Positions 1 through 10,096 of a stretch of 64,000 nucleotides of DNA are shown here, one piece after another. The notes below the pieces were generated by a model. That model did not search any database. It saw nothing but the letters and a program-made list of their open reading frames with translations, and was not told the origin of the DNA. This DNA is from Candidatus Dadabacteria bacterium. GTDB taxonomy: Bacteria; Desulfobacterota_D; UBA1144; Nemesobacterales; Nemesobacteraceae. Position 1 is the first letter of the stretch, and each line of letters starts with the position of its first letter. Location: contig OX638332.1 of the NCBI GenBank assembly GCA_951812735.1, forward strand, positions 1,469,928-1,533,927, in the 5' to 3' direction. Made by a program: the position numbers and the translations under genes.

Positions 1-1
1 G

Positions 2-340
2 GACCGCTGGTCGCACGGAAGGGTGGTGCTTGTCGGAGACTCGGTTCATGCAATATTGCCAAACGCGGGTGCCGGCGTATCGATGGCGATGGAATCGGCC
101 GCTGTTTTGGCCGAGGAGCTCTGCAGGACCGATTCCGTGAATCTCCCTCATGCCTTCCGGCAGTATCAGTCAAGAAGAAAGGGCAGGGTGAACAAGGTTC
201 AGAACCAGTCAAGGATCATGGGGAAATTCATATATACCGAAAGCGGCGTTCTATCGTCGATCCGAGATTATCTCGTGAGGGCGTATTCAAGCCGCCAGCT
301 TTTCAGATACTGGGACAACATGCTGAAAGATCCACTGTGA
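2..340 (+). CDS. FAD-dependent monooxygenase, C-terminal fragment (gene starts upstream of window)
   Basis: Open frame runs to the window edge. 'GDSVHAILPNAGAGVSMAMESAAVLAEEL' matches the C-terminal FAD-contact region of UbiH/salicylate-hydroxylase-type flavin monooxygenases. Confidence 0.55.
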   Translation, partial: DRWSHGRVVLVGDSVHAILPNAGAGVSMAMESAAVLAEELCRTDSVNLPHAFRQYQSRRKGRVNKVQNQSRIMGKFIYTESGVLSSIRDYLVRAYSSRQLFRYWDNMLKDPL

Positions 341-391
341 AGTCGATGTCAGACGGTTTCTAAGATTGTTAATTCCGGAGTGTAAAATTTA

Positions 392-1789
392 ATGAAATTA
401 CTTAAGTATCTCATCTCCTTTGTCGTCGTAGCGGTGGTTTTCTCGTTTCTTCTATCAGAAGCCCTTTCCCACGGCCCCTCCGAGTCCATTTCCCCCACGG
501 TAGAACGTCTTACCCCCTCGGTCGTAAATATAAGCACGACAAACGTGATAAAAACTTCACCGTTTGCCTCGCCGTACCAGGATGAGCAGTTCAAGAAATT
601 TTTCGAAAAGTTTTTCTCCGATCAGGTTCCAGGAAGGGAATTCAGAAACAAGGGACTCGGTTCCGGCTTCGTAATGAGTTCCGACGGCTACATAATTACC
701 AATAACCATGTCGTAAGGAAAGCCGAAGAGATCGAGGTGATACTCGAAGGCGGCAGGAAATACAATGCCAAGATAGTGGGCACCGACCCCGTAACCGATC
801 TGGCGCTGCTGAAAATTGATCCCGAAGAGCCTCTTCCCGCGGTGGAAATGGGTGATTCCTCGGCCCTTCAGATAGGAGACGGGGTGTTTGCCATCGGAAA
901 CCCCTTCGGCCTGGGTCACACGGTTACCGCCGGAATAGTCAGCGCGAAGGGAAGGGCCCTTGGAATCGGGCGATACGACAACTTCATTCAGACCGACGCG
1001 GCTATTAATCCCGGAAACAGCGGAGGACCGCTTTTTGACTACGAGGGCAAGGTGGTGGGAGTGAACACCGCGGTTATGGCACGCGGCCAGGGCCTTGGTT
1101 TCGCCATACCGATAGACATGGCGAAAACTGTCGTTGAGCATCTCAAGGCTCATGGAAGGGTCATCAGGGGCTGGCTCGGAATAATGATTCAGGATATAAC
1201 CCCGGAAATCTCCGAGGCGCTCGATATTAACCGCGACAGGGGAGGGCTTGTATCCGAGGTCAAGGGCGGGAGCCCTGCGGACAAGGCGGGTATTCGAAGG
1301 GGGGACGTGATCGTTTCCGTTGAAGGCAAGGAGATTCCGGACGCCGCGACGCTTGCGAGAAAGCTTGCGCTTACCAAGCCCGGGGTCGATACGAAATTTG
1401 TCGTGCTTCGCGACGGGAAGGAGAAGACTTTCACCATAAAACTTATCGAGCATCCCGAGAACGAAAAAATCAAGGAATCCGAAGACAAGCTCAAAGCCGA
1501 GGAAGAGCTTGGCATTAAAGTGAGCGAGATAACGCAGCAGCTGAGAAACCGGTTCAAAATTCAGGCGTCGGGCGGAGTGATTGTCGTGAATGTTGCGCCG
1601 GGGAGCCTGGCCTCTGAATCGGGGTTCCGTCCGGGCGACGTTATACTTGAGGTAAACGGAGATTCCGTCGACGGGCTTGAAGACTATCAGGAAACTATTG
1701 AGGAGCACCGGTCAGGAAAAACCCTGCTCTTTCTGATTGAACGCGGGGGCAGGACCATCTATCTTGGCGTAAAAACGAGTCGCGACTGA
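392..1789 (+). CDS. htrA: periplasmic serine endoprotease HtrA/DegP/DegQ family (trypsin domain plus two PDZ)
   Basis: N-terminal signal peptide. Catalytic-triad context 'ITNNHVV', 'DLALLKI', 'GNSGGPLF'. Length 465 aa fits the two-PDZ architecture. Confidence 0.85.
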   Translation: MKLLKYLISFVVVAVVFSFLLSEALSHGPSESISPTVERLTPSVVNISTTNVIKTSPFASPYQDEQFKKFFEKFFSDQVPGREFRNKGLGSGFVMSSDGYIITNNHVVRKAEEIEVILEGGRKYNAKIVGTDPVTDLALLKIDPEEPLPAVEMGDSSALQIGDGVFAIGNPFGLGHTVTAGIVSAKGRALGIGRYDNFIQTDAAINPGNSGGPLFDYEGKVVGVNTAVMARGQGLGFAIPIDMAKTVVEHLKAHGRVIRGWLGIMIQDITPEISEALDINRDRGGLVSEVKGGSPADKAGIRRGDVIVSVEGKEIPDAATLARKLALTKPGVDTKFVVLRDGKEKTFTIKLIEHPENEKIKESEDKLKAEEELGIKVSEITQQLRNRFKIQASGGVIVVNVAPGSLASESGFRPGDVILEVNGDSVDGLEDYQETIEEHRSGKTLLFLIERGGRTIYLGVKTSRD

Positions 1790-2277
1790 TGATAGAGGAG
1801 AAACTCAGAGAACTTGGAATAAAGCTCGCCGAAGAAGTCCCGGCCCTAGGAAGCTACGTCCCCGCAACCGTGTCTGGCAACCTGATTTTTATATCGGGTC
1901 AGCTTCCCGTTGAGAACGGGGAGCTCCGCTTCACGGGCAAAGTGGGGTCCGACCTTACGGTTGAGCAGGGCTACGAGGCGGCTAGGCTTGCAGCGATAAA
2001 CGGCCTCTCCGTAATCAGCCATACTCTGGAAAATCTTCGGCAGCTTGGCAGAATCGTGAAAGTGACGGGTTACGTGGCAAGCGCTCCCGGTTTTACAGAG
2101 CAGCACAAGGTGGTTAACGGCGCCTCCGAGTTTTTCTCAGACGTACTCTCCGAGAACGGACGTCACGCCAGGGTCGCGGTGGGGGTTCCCGGACTTCCCA
2201 TGGACTCCCCGGTGGAAATTGAAATCATAGCCGAGTTCTCACCCGCTGCTGAAAGAGGCTCGGATATTTCCCCCTGA
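1789..2277 (+). CDS. RidA/YjgF/RutC family protein
   Basis: 162 aa with Rid-family pattern 'NLIFISGQLP...G' and a C-terminal 'VEIEIIAEF' strand. ATGA start overlaps the htrA stop. Confidence 0.7.
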   Translation: MIEEKLRELGIKLAEEVPALGSYVPATVSGNLIFISGQLPVENGELRFTGKVGSDLTVEQGYEAARLAAINGLSVISHTLENLRQLGRIVKVTGYVASAPGFTEQHKVVNGASEFFSDVLSENGRHARVAVGVPGLPMDSPVEIEIIAEFSPAAERGSDISP

Positions 2278-3029
2278 TGTTTCCAGTATTCCTTTATTCG
2301 GACAGTCCCCCGCAATCGCTCGTCATGGAAGACGTAACGGATTTTCTCACAAATCTCGGTCTTTCGGTTGAGTTTCGCGGAGATTTTTTAAGCTACCTGT
2401 CCCTTGAAGCCGAGGAAACGGCTGAACTTGAATCACTTTTACCGAGGGCGAGGGTATTTGACATTGAAAGGCCCGTTGATTTCTCCGAAATTCCTCCGGC
2501 GTCAGAACCGTTCGAAAAGAAGCTTTATGACGGTTTCTGGGTCCAGAGAATATTCTCGAGGTTTTTTCTTAGAAGGCATCCCGGCGAACTTGCGAAAAAC
2601 GGCTTCCATGCTGTTATCACGGGTAGGCTTCTTGGCACCTACGGATCCCGAAGATACCACGCGAGGGCTATTCTCTCGGGGCTTCCGTCCTTCGTTTCAA
2701 CCTCGGGAATGGTGGAAGGCCCCGCGAGACCCAGGGAGTATTATTTTCTCAAGGCGGAGTTTGTCCGGTCTGGAAAAGATCCCTCGGAGCTTGACGAGAT
2801 GTTCCGGGGGAAGTTCGTCGACTACGAAGACGAGAGGATGACGAAGATAGCTGGCGCGTACGTGCTTCAGCCTCTTTTGCATCATTTTTCGGGAAAAGAA
2901 TTCTGCGAAAACAGCAGATGTGCGCTTTTTAATTCGCACTGGCAGAGGGAAGTTCTTGATATCCAGTACTCAGGCTTTGTGTGCGCCGAGTGCGAAAGCG
3001 AGATAAGCAGGATAGCAAAAAGGCGGTAG
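2277..3029 (+). CDS. archaemetzincin-like (peptidase M54-like) protein with non-canonical zinc site
   Basis: C-terminal 'LLHHFSGKEFCENSRCALF...(20 aa)...CAEC' reproduces the Amz spacing G-x3-C-x4-C-x-[M/L]-x~17-C-x2-C. The HExxH position reads QPLLH instead. Confidence 0.4.
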   Translation: MFPVFLYSDSPPQSLVMEDVTDFLTNLGLSVEFRGDFLSYLSLEAEETAELESLLPRARVFDIERPVDFSEIPPASEPFEKKLYDGFWVQRIFSRFFLRRHPGELAKNGFHAVITGRLLGTYGSRRYHARAILSGLPSFVSTSGMVEGPARPREYYFLKAEFVRSGKDPSELDEMFRGKFVDYEDERMTKIAGAYVLQPLLHHFSGKEFCENSRCALFNSHWQREVLDIQYSGFVCAECESEISRIAKRR

Positions 3030-3055
3030 AAGCAACGCCGCGGCGCATGACAGAA

Positions 3056-3078
3056 AACAGGAGACCGCCGTGCGGTCT
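3056..3078. terminator. 7-bp GC hairpin (gagaccg-ccgtg-cggtctc) between convergent genes, probably a bidirectional terminator
   Basis: Perfect inverted repeat directly after the thi4 stop on the minus strand, followed on that strand by 'ctgttttctg'. Confidence 0.45.
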
Positions 3079-3888
3079 CTAGTCCATCTCATCAAGTATG
3101 TTTACCGCAACCTGGGCTACCTTTTTCCCTGAAAGCAGCATCCCACCGAAAGTGGGCCCCATTCTCGGAAGTCCGAAGGTGGTGTTAACGGACATTCCGC
3201 ACGCAAGCAGTCCGGGGTGTATTTCTCCTGTGTATTCAACGAGGGCTTCTTCTGATTTTTCTACCCACATCGATCCGTGGCCCGGAAGCTTTTTGTAAAG
3301 ACCCTGCTGGGAGAGCCTGGAAATGCAGTAGGCGTCATGGCCCGTGGCGTCTATTACCAGTTTTGATTCAATCGCTATGGGGTCAAGGCAGGTTATCTCT
3401 TTGGGCATGTTCGCAATGGGCGTCCAGTTGATTACTATTCCCGCGACCCTTCCGTTTTCCCTGTAAACCAGGTCGTCAAACAGTGTCATGTTCCTTACTT
3501 TCGCTCCGGCTTCGCACGCCGTCGCTATCAGCTTTGAACAGGCGTAGGGGCCGTCAGCGACGAAAAGCCCTTCTGACACTTCTTCATACGGCACTTCGAT
3601 TTCGTCCAGAACCGTCTGTCCCGGGGCGCGCACGGTGACCTTATTCATAAGGTATCCGCCGATCCAGAATCCGCCTCCAAGGTAGTTCATTCTTTCGACG
3701 AGCAGCACCTTGTACTTTTTCTTTGCTATGTCTTTTGCCGCCACGAGCCCGCTTGGCCCCGCGCCGACGATTATGACGTCACTTGTAATGTATTCGCTGA
3801 ACTCCTCTGAAAATCCCTCGACTATGGCCCGGGTGACCTCTTTTTCTCCCACCGGAGCGAATTGCGGGGTTTTTAAACTGTCTGACAT
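3079..3888 (-). CDS. thi4: thiazole synthase Thi4 family (thiamine biosynthesis), sulfide-dependent non-suicide type
   Basis: '[20 protein letters not shown]...[18 protein letters not shown]' Rossmann motif and '[16 protein letters not shown]' C-terminus typical of Thi4. The active-site region reads 'DATGHD' with no Cys at the position of the yeast suicide-donor Cys. Confidence 0.85.
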   Translation of the reverse strand: MSDSLKTPQFAPVGEKEVTRAIVEGFSEEFSEYITSDVIIVGAGPSGLVAAKDIAKKKYKVLLVERMNYLGGGFWIGGYLMNKVTVRAPGQTVLDEIEVPYEEVSEGLFVADGPYACSKLIATACEAGAKVRNMTLFDDLVYRENGRVAGIVINWTPIANMPKEITCLDPIAIESKLVIDATGHDAYCISRLSQQGLYKKLPGHGSMWVEKSEEALVEYTGEIHPGLLACGMSVNTTFGLPRMGPTFGGMLLSGKKVAQVAVNILDEMD

Positions 3889-3932
3889 AGCGGTTTCCTC
3901 CGAGAAAATGCCAATAAGTTCCTAATTCTTTT

Positions 3933-4382
3933 CTACTCCTCTTCCTTCACGACGTTTACGGTTATCTGCGGGGTTACGTCCGTGTGAAGCTTCACCGCAA
4001 CCGAGTAAGTTCCAAGTGCTTTTATGGTACCGTCAAGCTCTATATCCCTTCTTGAGATCTCAAATCCTTTTTCCCCCAGCGCATCGGAAATGTTCTGCGA
4101 AGTGACTGATCCGAACAGCCGGTCTTCTTCCCCGGATTTGGCGGGTATGGTAATTTCAAGACCCTCGAGTTTTTCCGCAAACGCCTTGGCATTCTCAAGA
4201 ACTTCGGTTTTACGCAGTCTTATTGCCTCTATTCTGCTTTCCCAAGCCTTCAGGTTTGCTTCGGTAGCCTTTATCGCGAGCTTACGGGGAAAAAGATAGT
4301 TTCTCGCCATTCCGTTTTTTACGTCTTTTACGTCTCCGACGCTCCCTATGTTTTCCACGTCGGAAATCAGAATTACTTTCAT
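3933..4382 (-). CDS. rplI: 50S ribosomal protein L9
   Basis: 'MKVILISDVENIGSVGDVKDVKNGMARNYLFPRKLA' is a canonical L9 N-terminus. Confidence 0.9.
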   Translation of the reverse strand: MKVILISDVENIGSVGDVKDVKNGMARNYLFPRKLAIKATEANLKAWESRIEAIRLRKTEVLENAKAFAEKLEGLEITIPAKSGEEDRLFGSVTSQNISDALGEKGFEISRRDIELDGTIKALGTYSVAVKLHTDVTPQITVNVVKEEE

Positions 4383-4420
4383 TGTTTACCTCCGCGTATC
4401 GGTTAAGCGGTATTCGGGAA

Positions 4421-4675
4421 TCACTTGTGAGTTACCGTGTATGGCAAAAGCGCCATGAAACGGGCTCTTTTTATTGCGATGGCCACCTTCCTCTGTTCCT
4501 GCCTTGAAAGCCCGGTGTTTCTCCTGGGCAGTATCTTCTTTCTCTCGGTTATGAACTGCGAGAGAAGTTCGGTGTCCTTGTAATCTATCTGCTTGCCTTC
4601 CTTGGCAAGGTCTCTGGGTTTTTTTCTGCGCGAGTAGAACCTTCTGCCTCCCCCGCCCATTGGTCTTCTGCTCAT
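4421..4675 (-). CDS. rpsR: 30S ribosomal protein S18
   Basis: 'RRFYSRRKK...[50 protein letters not shown]' is the S18 signature. The overlapping 182-aa ORF in another frame is rejected. Confidence 0.9.
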   Translation of the reverse strand: MSRRPMGGGGRRFYSRRKKPRDLAKEGKQIDYKDTELLSQFITERKKILPRRNTGLSRQEQRKVAIAIKRARFMALLPYTVTHK

Positions 4676-5250
4676 GATTCGCTGCCTCCCTCGGTCTGTT
4701 TTTCATTTTCCTGGGGTTGTTCCTGACTTTCCTCGGTCCGCTCCTCGCTTTCCTGAGCTTGCTCTTTGGCCTCCTGGGGCTGCTCCTCAACCTCCTGAGG
4801 CTGCTCTTTGGCTTCCTGGGGTTGCTCTGCGGTTGTGCTGCCTTCGGCCTGACTCTCTCGTGTGGAGGGAGGACTCTGAAAAGCGCTCTGATCCTCTGGT
4901 TCAGATGCCTGCGGAGGAGCGCTGATCGCGGCATCCGCTGGTTTCTGATCCTCGATGTATTTTACGGTCATGAACCGCAGAACGTTGTTCTTTGAGAGGT
5001 TAAAATATCTTTCTATGTCGGTTACGGCACCGGGGTCAGACGCATAAACGGCTATGTAGTAGGTGCCTCTGGTGTAGTTCTCTATTCTGTACGCAAGATC
5101 CCGTTCCGCCCATTTTTCGAATTTTATCATCTCCCCACCGTTTCCGGCCACGCTCTGCTCGACCCTGTTCTGGATCGTAAGAAGATCTTCGGGGGATATG
5201 TCCGGTCTTACGAGATAAAGCGTTTCGTACTTCGTTGGCTCAATAGCCAT
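4672..5250 (-). CDS. rpsF: 30S ribosomal protein S6 with long acidic repetitive C-terminal extension
   Basis: N-terminal '[25 protein letters not shown]...[15 protein letters not shown]' is S6. About 70 aa of E/Q/P-rich tail follow. It overlaps the rpsR start by 4 nt and there is no ssb/priB between them. Confidence 0.85.
   Translation of the reverse strand: MAIEPTKYETLYLVRPDISPEDLLTIQNRVEQSVAGNGGEMIKFEKWAERDLAYRIENYTRGTYYIAVYASDPGAVTDIERYFNLSKNNVLRFMTVKYIEDQKPADAAISAPPQASEPEDQSAFQSPPSTRESQAEGSTTAEQPQEAKEQPQEVEEQPQEAKEQAQESEERTEESQEQPQENEKQTEGGSES
4690..4860 (-). repeat. imperfect 18-bp coding repeats encoding (E-Q-P-Q-E-A/V-K/E-E) units in the S6 tail
   Basis: Direct DNA repeats 'ctcctg[ag]ggctgctc...' are visible. 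The protein tail reads '[25 protein letters not shown]'. Confidence 0.5.
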
Positions 5251-5357
5251 GGTTAACTGCCTCCTGTTTTGGTCTTCGACCCCTGAATGTCGTCGCTTGT
5301 GACATCAGGAGCAACAGAAAAAGATACTATACTGGTTTTTGGAAATAGTGTAAATAC

Positions 5358-5379
5358 GGGCGGGGCTGTGACCCCGCCC
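5358..5379 (-). terminator. rho-independent terminator candidate downstream of hppA
   Basis: 8-bp GC stem 'gggcgggg-ctgtga-ccccgccc' 15 nt past the hppA stop. The minus-strand transcript continues 'guauuuacacuauuucc'. Confidence 0.5.
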
Positions 5380-5393
5380 GAAAAACTTACGTT

Positions 5394-7466
5394 TTATAGT
5401 ATGAGAAGAGGAGCTATGACAAGCGATACTATGGACATGAGCTTGATGAGAATATTCATCGCCGGCCCTGAAGTATCCTTAAACGGATCCCCTATCGTGT
5501 CTCCTACGACGGCGGCTTTATGCGCCTCCGACCCTTTTCCTCCCATGTTTCCTTCCTCTATGAATTTTTTCGCGTTATCCCAGGCTCCTCCCGAGTTCGC
5601 CATCATAAGTGCGAGCATCACTCCCGCCACGACGGCGCCGGCGAGAAAACCTCCGAGGGCTTCCTCTCCTAGGGCAAAACCTATTACGAGCGGTACCACT
5701 ACGGCGGTAACGCCCGGCAGTATCATCTCTCTTAAGGAAGAGTCGGTGCTTATCTGTACGCACCTTGCGTAGTCCGGGGTGCCGGTTCCTTCAAGAAGTC
5801 CGGTTATTTCCCTAAACTGCCTTCTCACTTCCTCCACCATCTGCTGCGCCGACCTTCCCACCGAACCCATGGTCAGGGCGCCTATCAGAAACGGGATCGT
5901 TCCGCCTATCAGCATTCCCGCCACCACCTTGGGCTGGGTAATGTCGATTGAGGTGAGCCCGACGGCGTTTGTGTATGCGGCGAAAAGCGCGAGAGCGGAA
6001 AGCGCCGCCGAACCGATTGCGAATCCTTTTCCTATGGCTGCAGTCGTGTTGCCGAGAGAATCAAGCTTGTCCGTGATCTTTCTCACGTCTGTGCCGAGTT
6101 CCGACATCTCCGCGATACCGCCCGCGTTATCCGCGACCGGGCCGTAGGCGTCAACCGACATCGTTATTCCTATGGTCGCCAGCATGCTGACCGCGGCTAT
6201 CCCTATTCCGTAAAGCCCCGTGAACCAGTAAGACAGCACTATGGCCGCCGCGATTATGATCACCGGGTAAACCGTGCTGTACATTCCCACAGCGATTCCC
6301 TCGATTATGTTGGTGGCAACGCCTGTCTCGGAGGCCTTTGCTATTTTCCTGATCGGGGGTCCCGAAGTGAAATGCTCTGTAACCTTGCCGATCAGTATTC
6401 CGGCGAGCAGGCCCGCTATGGAAGTGAGCCATATGCTTATGTATCCCTGTTTACCCATGGTGGACAGGCTCTCCACCTGCGCCAGCCCGTAAAGTGCCAG
6501 CAGGGAGATCGCGCAGTACACGACGGCTGCAAATATGGTGGATCTTTCAAGCACAGCGCTTGGTTCTCCTTCCCTCAGCCATCCTACCGCTTTGGATCCA
6601 ACGAGAGAGGAGAGGCTTCCTACTACGATGAGTATCATCGGTACCGACATCATGGCGAGCTGGTTTGTCGCCATGCTGGCTGCAATTACTACGGTAGCGA
6701 TTACGGCTCCCACGTAGGATTCGAAAAGGTCGGCACCCATTCCCGCCACGTCTCCGACGTTATCTCCGACGTTATCGGCGATCGTGGCCGGATTCCTGGG
6801 ATCATCCTCGGGTATTCCGGCTTCCACTTTTCCGACAAGGTCGGCTCCGACGTCAGCGGCCTTGGTGAATATACCTCCGCCTATCCTTGCGAAAAGGGCT
6901 ACGGTGCTGGCTCCCATTGCGAATCCGCCTATCATTCCTCCGAATTCTTTTAAGAACGCCGTGAAAAGGGTGCTGTCTTCAGGCTTTGTCTGAAGGTCGA
7001 GTCCCAGAAGAAAAACGACTGAGAGTCCCAGAAGACCCAGACCTGCGACCGAAAGCCCCATCACGTTCCCGCCCCGAAAAGCCACCTCAAGGGCTTTTCC
7101 CTGTCCCTCGGTTGCTGCCGCCTGTGCTGTTCTCACGTTAGCTTTCGTGGCTGACTTCATGCCGAAAAACCCGGCTATAAGCGAACAGATCGCCCCGCCG
7201 AGATAAGCGGTCCCGGTTTCAATTCCAAGAAACACCGAGAGCAGAACGAAAACAATCGCAGCGAAAAGGCCGATTATTCTGTATTCCCTTTTCAAAAACA
7301 CCATCGCTCCCTCGTGAATCGCAGAAGCGATGTGCTTCATTTTGTCGGTTCCTTCAGGAAGCTTGGTTATCCCCCTGTATACAAATAACGCGTATAGGAG
7401 CACGATAAGACCTACCACGATTCCCACAAGTCCCACGTTGCCCGCTAGTACTTCACCCATACCCAT
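5394..7466 (-). CDS. hppA: membrane-bound proton-translocating pyrophosphatase (H+-PPase), predicted K+-dependent subtype
   Basis: 690-aa polytopic protein with '[18 protein letters not shown]' and 'DNVGDNVGD' motifs. The Ala in GNTTAA (rather than Lys) is the established marker of K+-stimulated enzymes. A good AGGAGG RBS follows 34 nt after pth. Confidence 0.9.
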   Translation of the reverse strand: MGMGEVLAGNVGLVGIVVGLIVLLYALFVYRGITKLPEGTDKMKHIASAIHEGAMVFLKREYRIIGLFAAIVFVLLSVFLGIETGTAYLGGAICSLIAGFFGMKSATKANVRTAQAAATEGQGKALEVAFRGGNVMGLSVAGLGLLGLSVVFLLGLDLQTKPEDSTLFTAFLKEFGGMIGGFAMGASTVALFARIGGGIFTKAADVGADLVGKVEAGIPEDDPRNPATIADNVGDNVGDVAGMGADLFESYVGAVIATVVIAASMATNQLAMMSVPMILIVVGSLSSLVGSKAVGWLREGEPSAVLERSTIFAAVVYCAISLLALYGLAQVESLSTMGKQGYISIWLTSIAGLLAGILIGKVTEHFTSGPPIRKIAKASETGVATNIIEGIAVGMYSTVYPVIIIAAAIVLSYWFTGLYGIGIAAVSMLATIGITMSVDAYGPVADNAGGIAEMSELGTDVRKITDKLDSLGNTTAAIGKGFAIGSAALSALALFAAYTNAVGLTSIDITQPKVVAGMLIGGTIPFLIGALTMGSVGRSAQQMVEEVRRQFREITGLLEGTGTPDYARCVQISTDSSLREMILPGVTAVVVPLVIGFALGEEALGGFLAGAVVAGVMLALMMANSGGAWDNAKKFIEEGNMGGKGSEAHKAAVVGDTIGDPFKDTSGPAMNILIKLMSIVSLVIAPLLIL

Positions 7467-7500
7467 TGGTAAATTCCTCCTAGTAGAGAATTAATTTGTT

Positions 7501-8073
7501 TCAGTTAAGTCGACTGTTAAACCTGTTCATCGCCGAGTCCACTCCCCGGCTTATTATCTCAAATGTTGCTTCGACCGCCGCCTCGACCATCTCGGTTGCC
7601 GTGTCCCTCTCATCCGCGGCGAATTGTGAGAGGACATGATCCTTTGCCTCTTTTTTCCCGCGAGGCTTGCCTATGCCGATTCTCACCCTGCAGAATTCCT
7701 CTGATCCGAGAGAGGTTATTATGGATCTTATTCCGTTGTGTCCGGCCGAGCCTCCTCCCCTGTTTACCCTTATGTTTCCCAGGGCGAGATCAAGTTCGTC
7801 GTAAACCACGATTATCCGCTCAAGCTCTATCCTGTAGAATTCCTTAGCTTCGCGAACCGCTTCGCCGCTTACGTTCATGAAGGTCTGGGGCTTTATTATC
7901 AGCAGCTTCTCATCCGAGTAAATCGCTTCTGTGCAGAGGCTTCTGAACTTTTTCCTCCCGATTTTTGAGCCGAGGCGCTCCGCCGCGCGCTCCGCCGCGC
8001 GAAACCCTATGTTGTGTCTAGTATTTTCGTAAGCGGAACCGGGGTTTCCCAGGCCTGCAATCATATATCGCAT
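7501..8073 (-). CDS. pth: peptidyl-tRNA hydrolase
   Basis: 'MRYMIAGLGNPGSAYENTRHNIGF' is a canonical Pth N-terminus. Confidence 0.9.
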   Translation of the reverse strand: MRYMIAGLGNPGSAYENTRHNIGFRAAERAAERLGSKIGRKKFRSLCTEAIYSDEKLLIIKPQTFMNVSGEAVREAKEFYRIELERIIVVYDELDLALGNIRVNRGGGSAGHNGIRSIITSLGSEEFCRVRIGIGKPRGKKEAKDHVLSQFAADERDTATEMVEAAVEATFEIISRGVDSAMNRFNSRLN

Positions 8074-8085
8074 GGATTCGGTTAC

Positions 8086-8721
8086 TTATTCCTGGGCCTC
8101 GGTTTCCTGTTCTTCCTCTTCCTCGGCCGTCGCCGTCGCCTCTTCCTCCTCTGTTGCGCGCTGCGCGATCACATGGACGACTTTTTCGCTCCCGTCTCTA
8201 ACCGGCCGTACTCCCTCGCCGAGTGAAAGACCCGCTATGTCCACGAAATCTCCTAAGGCGAGGTCGGTTACGTCTATTTCTATTGAATCGGGGATATCGC
8301 CCGGCAGGCATTCAAGATCGATGGTTCTCATCAGCTTTTCGAGCCTGGCACCCCTTCTCTCTCCCTCGGATCTTCCCAAGGTGTTTACCGGGACCTTTAC
8401 CGTAATGGTTTTCTGCATGTCGATGGCCAGAAAATCAAGGTGAATCACCCTGTCCTTAATGGGGTCTTTCTGGATTTCCTTAACCATCGAAAACTTTTTC
8501 GCCGGGGCTTCGGAATCGTCTATTTCGAGTTCCAGGACGGTGTTCAGTCCGGCGCTGTTTGTAAGCGCCCGCCTAAGTTCGTCGGGCTGTACGACAAGCG
8601 GCACGGGATCCTCTCCCCGCCCGTAAAGTATGGCGGGTATGTTTCCTTCCCTTCTTACTTCCCTTGCCCCGCTTTTACCGATTCTTTTTCTGGGTTTTAC
8701 CCGAAGTGAACTTTGTACCAT
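8086..8721 (-). CDS. rplY: 50S ribosomal protein L25 / general stress protein Ctc
   Basis: 'KRIGKSGAREVRREGNIPAILYG' plus an acidic C-terminal tail, in the conserved prs-rplY-pth arrangement. Confidence 0.85.
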   Translation of the reverse strand: MVQSSLRVKPRKRIGKSGAREVRREGNIPAILYGRGEDPVPLVVQPDELRRALTNSAGLNTVLELEIDDSEAPAKKFSMVKEIQKDPIKDRVIHLDFLAIDMQKTITVKVPVNTLGRSEGERRGARLEKLMRTIDLECLPGDIPDSIEIDVTDLALGDFVDIAGLSLGEGVRPVRDGSEKVVHVIAQRATEEEEATATAEEEEEQETEAQE

Positions 8722-8740
8722 GTTTCTCTCCTGGAGTCGT

Positions 8741-9700
8741 TTAAGTGAAAAGCGCGCTTATTGATTCCCCGAGCGCCGTTCTCCTTATGGCTTCACCGAT
8801 GAGGTCGGCGATGCTGAGCACGGTGATTTTCGCGCTTTGTTCTTGGTTTTCCTGCTGGGGAATGGTGTTCGTGATTATTACCTCGTCAATGTCCGAGTTG
8901 TTTATCCTGTCAAGTGCGGGTCCCGAGAGCACGCCGTGGGTACAGCAGAGCGATATGCTTCTCGCTCCCCTCTCGAGAAGCACCTTGGCGGCTTCGGTGG
9001 CGGTTCCCGCCGTGTCCACGAGATCGTCCACTATTATGGCGTGCTTGTCCTCCACGTCGCCAATTATGTTGCTTATCCGCGCGACGTTGGGCGCGGGTCT
9101 TCTCTTATAGCAGATGGCGATTTCTGAGTGGGTCCTGTTTGCGAATTCGGTCGCCCTCTCAACCCCTCCTGCGTCCGGAGAAACCACTACGGTTTCGCCG
9201 TCGCGGTATTTTTCTCTCAGATAGTTGGTTATCACGGGCGCGGCGTAGAGATGGGTCACAGGAACGTCGAAAAACCCCTGTATCTGGCCGGCGTGAAGGT
9301 CCATGGTCACTATCTTGCTTGCCCCCGCAACGACTATCAGGTCGGCGGCCAGCTTGGCGCTTATAGGGGCGCGGGGCTGAACCTTGCGGTCCTGCCTTGC
9401 GTACCCGTAATACGGTATGACGGCGGTTATGACCTTAGCCGAGGCCCGCTTGAGCGCATCTATGATCACGAGAAGCTCCATAATGTTCTCGTTTACCGGG
9501 GGGCACGTGGACTGGATGATAAAGACGTTAGACCCCCTCACGCTTTCCCTTATGTCGACAAAAATCTCACCGTCGCTGAAACGGTTTATCTCCATCTCTC
9601 CGGGAGAAACCTCGAGATAGTCGCACACGTCTCCGAACAGAGGGTGATTTGACGTGCCGCTGAATATTTTTGCGTCCTGCATTTCCATGGCGAACCTCAA
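8741..9700 (-). CDS. prs: ribose-phosphate pyrophosphokinase (PRPP synthetase)
   Basis: 'KIFSGTSNHPLFGDV', the PRPP-binding loop 'IIVDDLVDTAGT' and overall length. The true start may be an internal Met (MEMQDAK or MQDAK). Confidence 0.9.
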   Translation of the reverse strand: MRFAMEMQDAKIFSGTSNHPLFGDVCDYLEVSPGEMEINRFSDGEIFVDIRESVRGSNVFIIQSTCPPVNENIMELLVIIDALKRASAKVITAVIPYYGYARQDRKVQPRAPISAKLAADLIVVAGASKIVTMDLHAGQIQGFFDVPVTHLYAAPVITNYLREKYRDGETVVVSPDAGGVERATEFANRTHSEIAICYKRRPAPNVARISNIIGDVEDKHAIIVDDLVDTAGTATEAAKVLLERGARSISLCCTHGVLSGPALDRINNSDIDEVIITNTIPQQENQEQSAKITVLSIADLIGEAIRRTALGESISALFT

Positions 9701-10061
9701 AATATGAAACCCTGTATTATAGAGTAAAGTTTCGATAATTCAAGCGCCGGGGACACAGTCAGGCATTCACGCTTATATGATTTTGGGATTTGGTTTCCGT
9801 AATGAGAATGGGGTCAAGCGGCATCAGCCCGTATTCCAGCAATCTGACAGCCAGATTGCCTGACTCACACGGGATACGGCGCTGATTCCTGCAGAGTTGC
9901 CGACCGGTGGACGCAATAATGCTTTCGGGGTTATTCACCGCTGAAATTGTTTTGCCTGGACGACAGCATAATGGACAGGAAACGAATACAAAGACGGCGT
10001 CCTGCATCTCACCCTGCCGAGAAAGCAGGATGAACCTTCAGGGAAAACAGAAGTGAACTGA

Positions 10062-10096
10062 TCAAAAAAAGGGGGAGCGCCAAGCGACGCTCCCTC
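10062..10096 (-). terminator. rho-independent terminator of paralog P1
   Basis: Minus-strand RNA 'GGGAGCGUCGCUUGGCGCUCCC' followed by 'CCUUUUUUUGAU', about 90 nt past the P1 stop. Confidence 0.6.

Noticed and set aside
557-1708. 383-aa ORF on the minus strand inside htrA
   Set aside because: Fully antisense to a well-supported HtrA gene. It has no similarity and is Arg/Pro-rich as expected for a GC-rich antisense frame.
3889-3932. TPP riboswitch upstream of thi4
   Set aside because: Only 44 nt of spacer, too short for a THI element, and no conserved CUGAGA/ACCUGAUCUGGAUAAUGC-like strings seen.
4386-4934. 182-aa basic ORF overlapping rpsR and rpsF
   Set aside because: It is in a different frame from the conserved S18 and S6 sequences. 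The lysine/arginine-rich low-complexity translation is typical of an out-of-frame read.
9759-10007. 82-aa ORF in the prs leader
   Set aside because: No RBS, no similarity, Cys/Arg-rich composition. Treated as non-coding.
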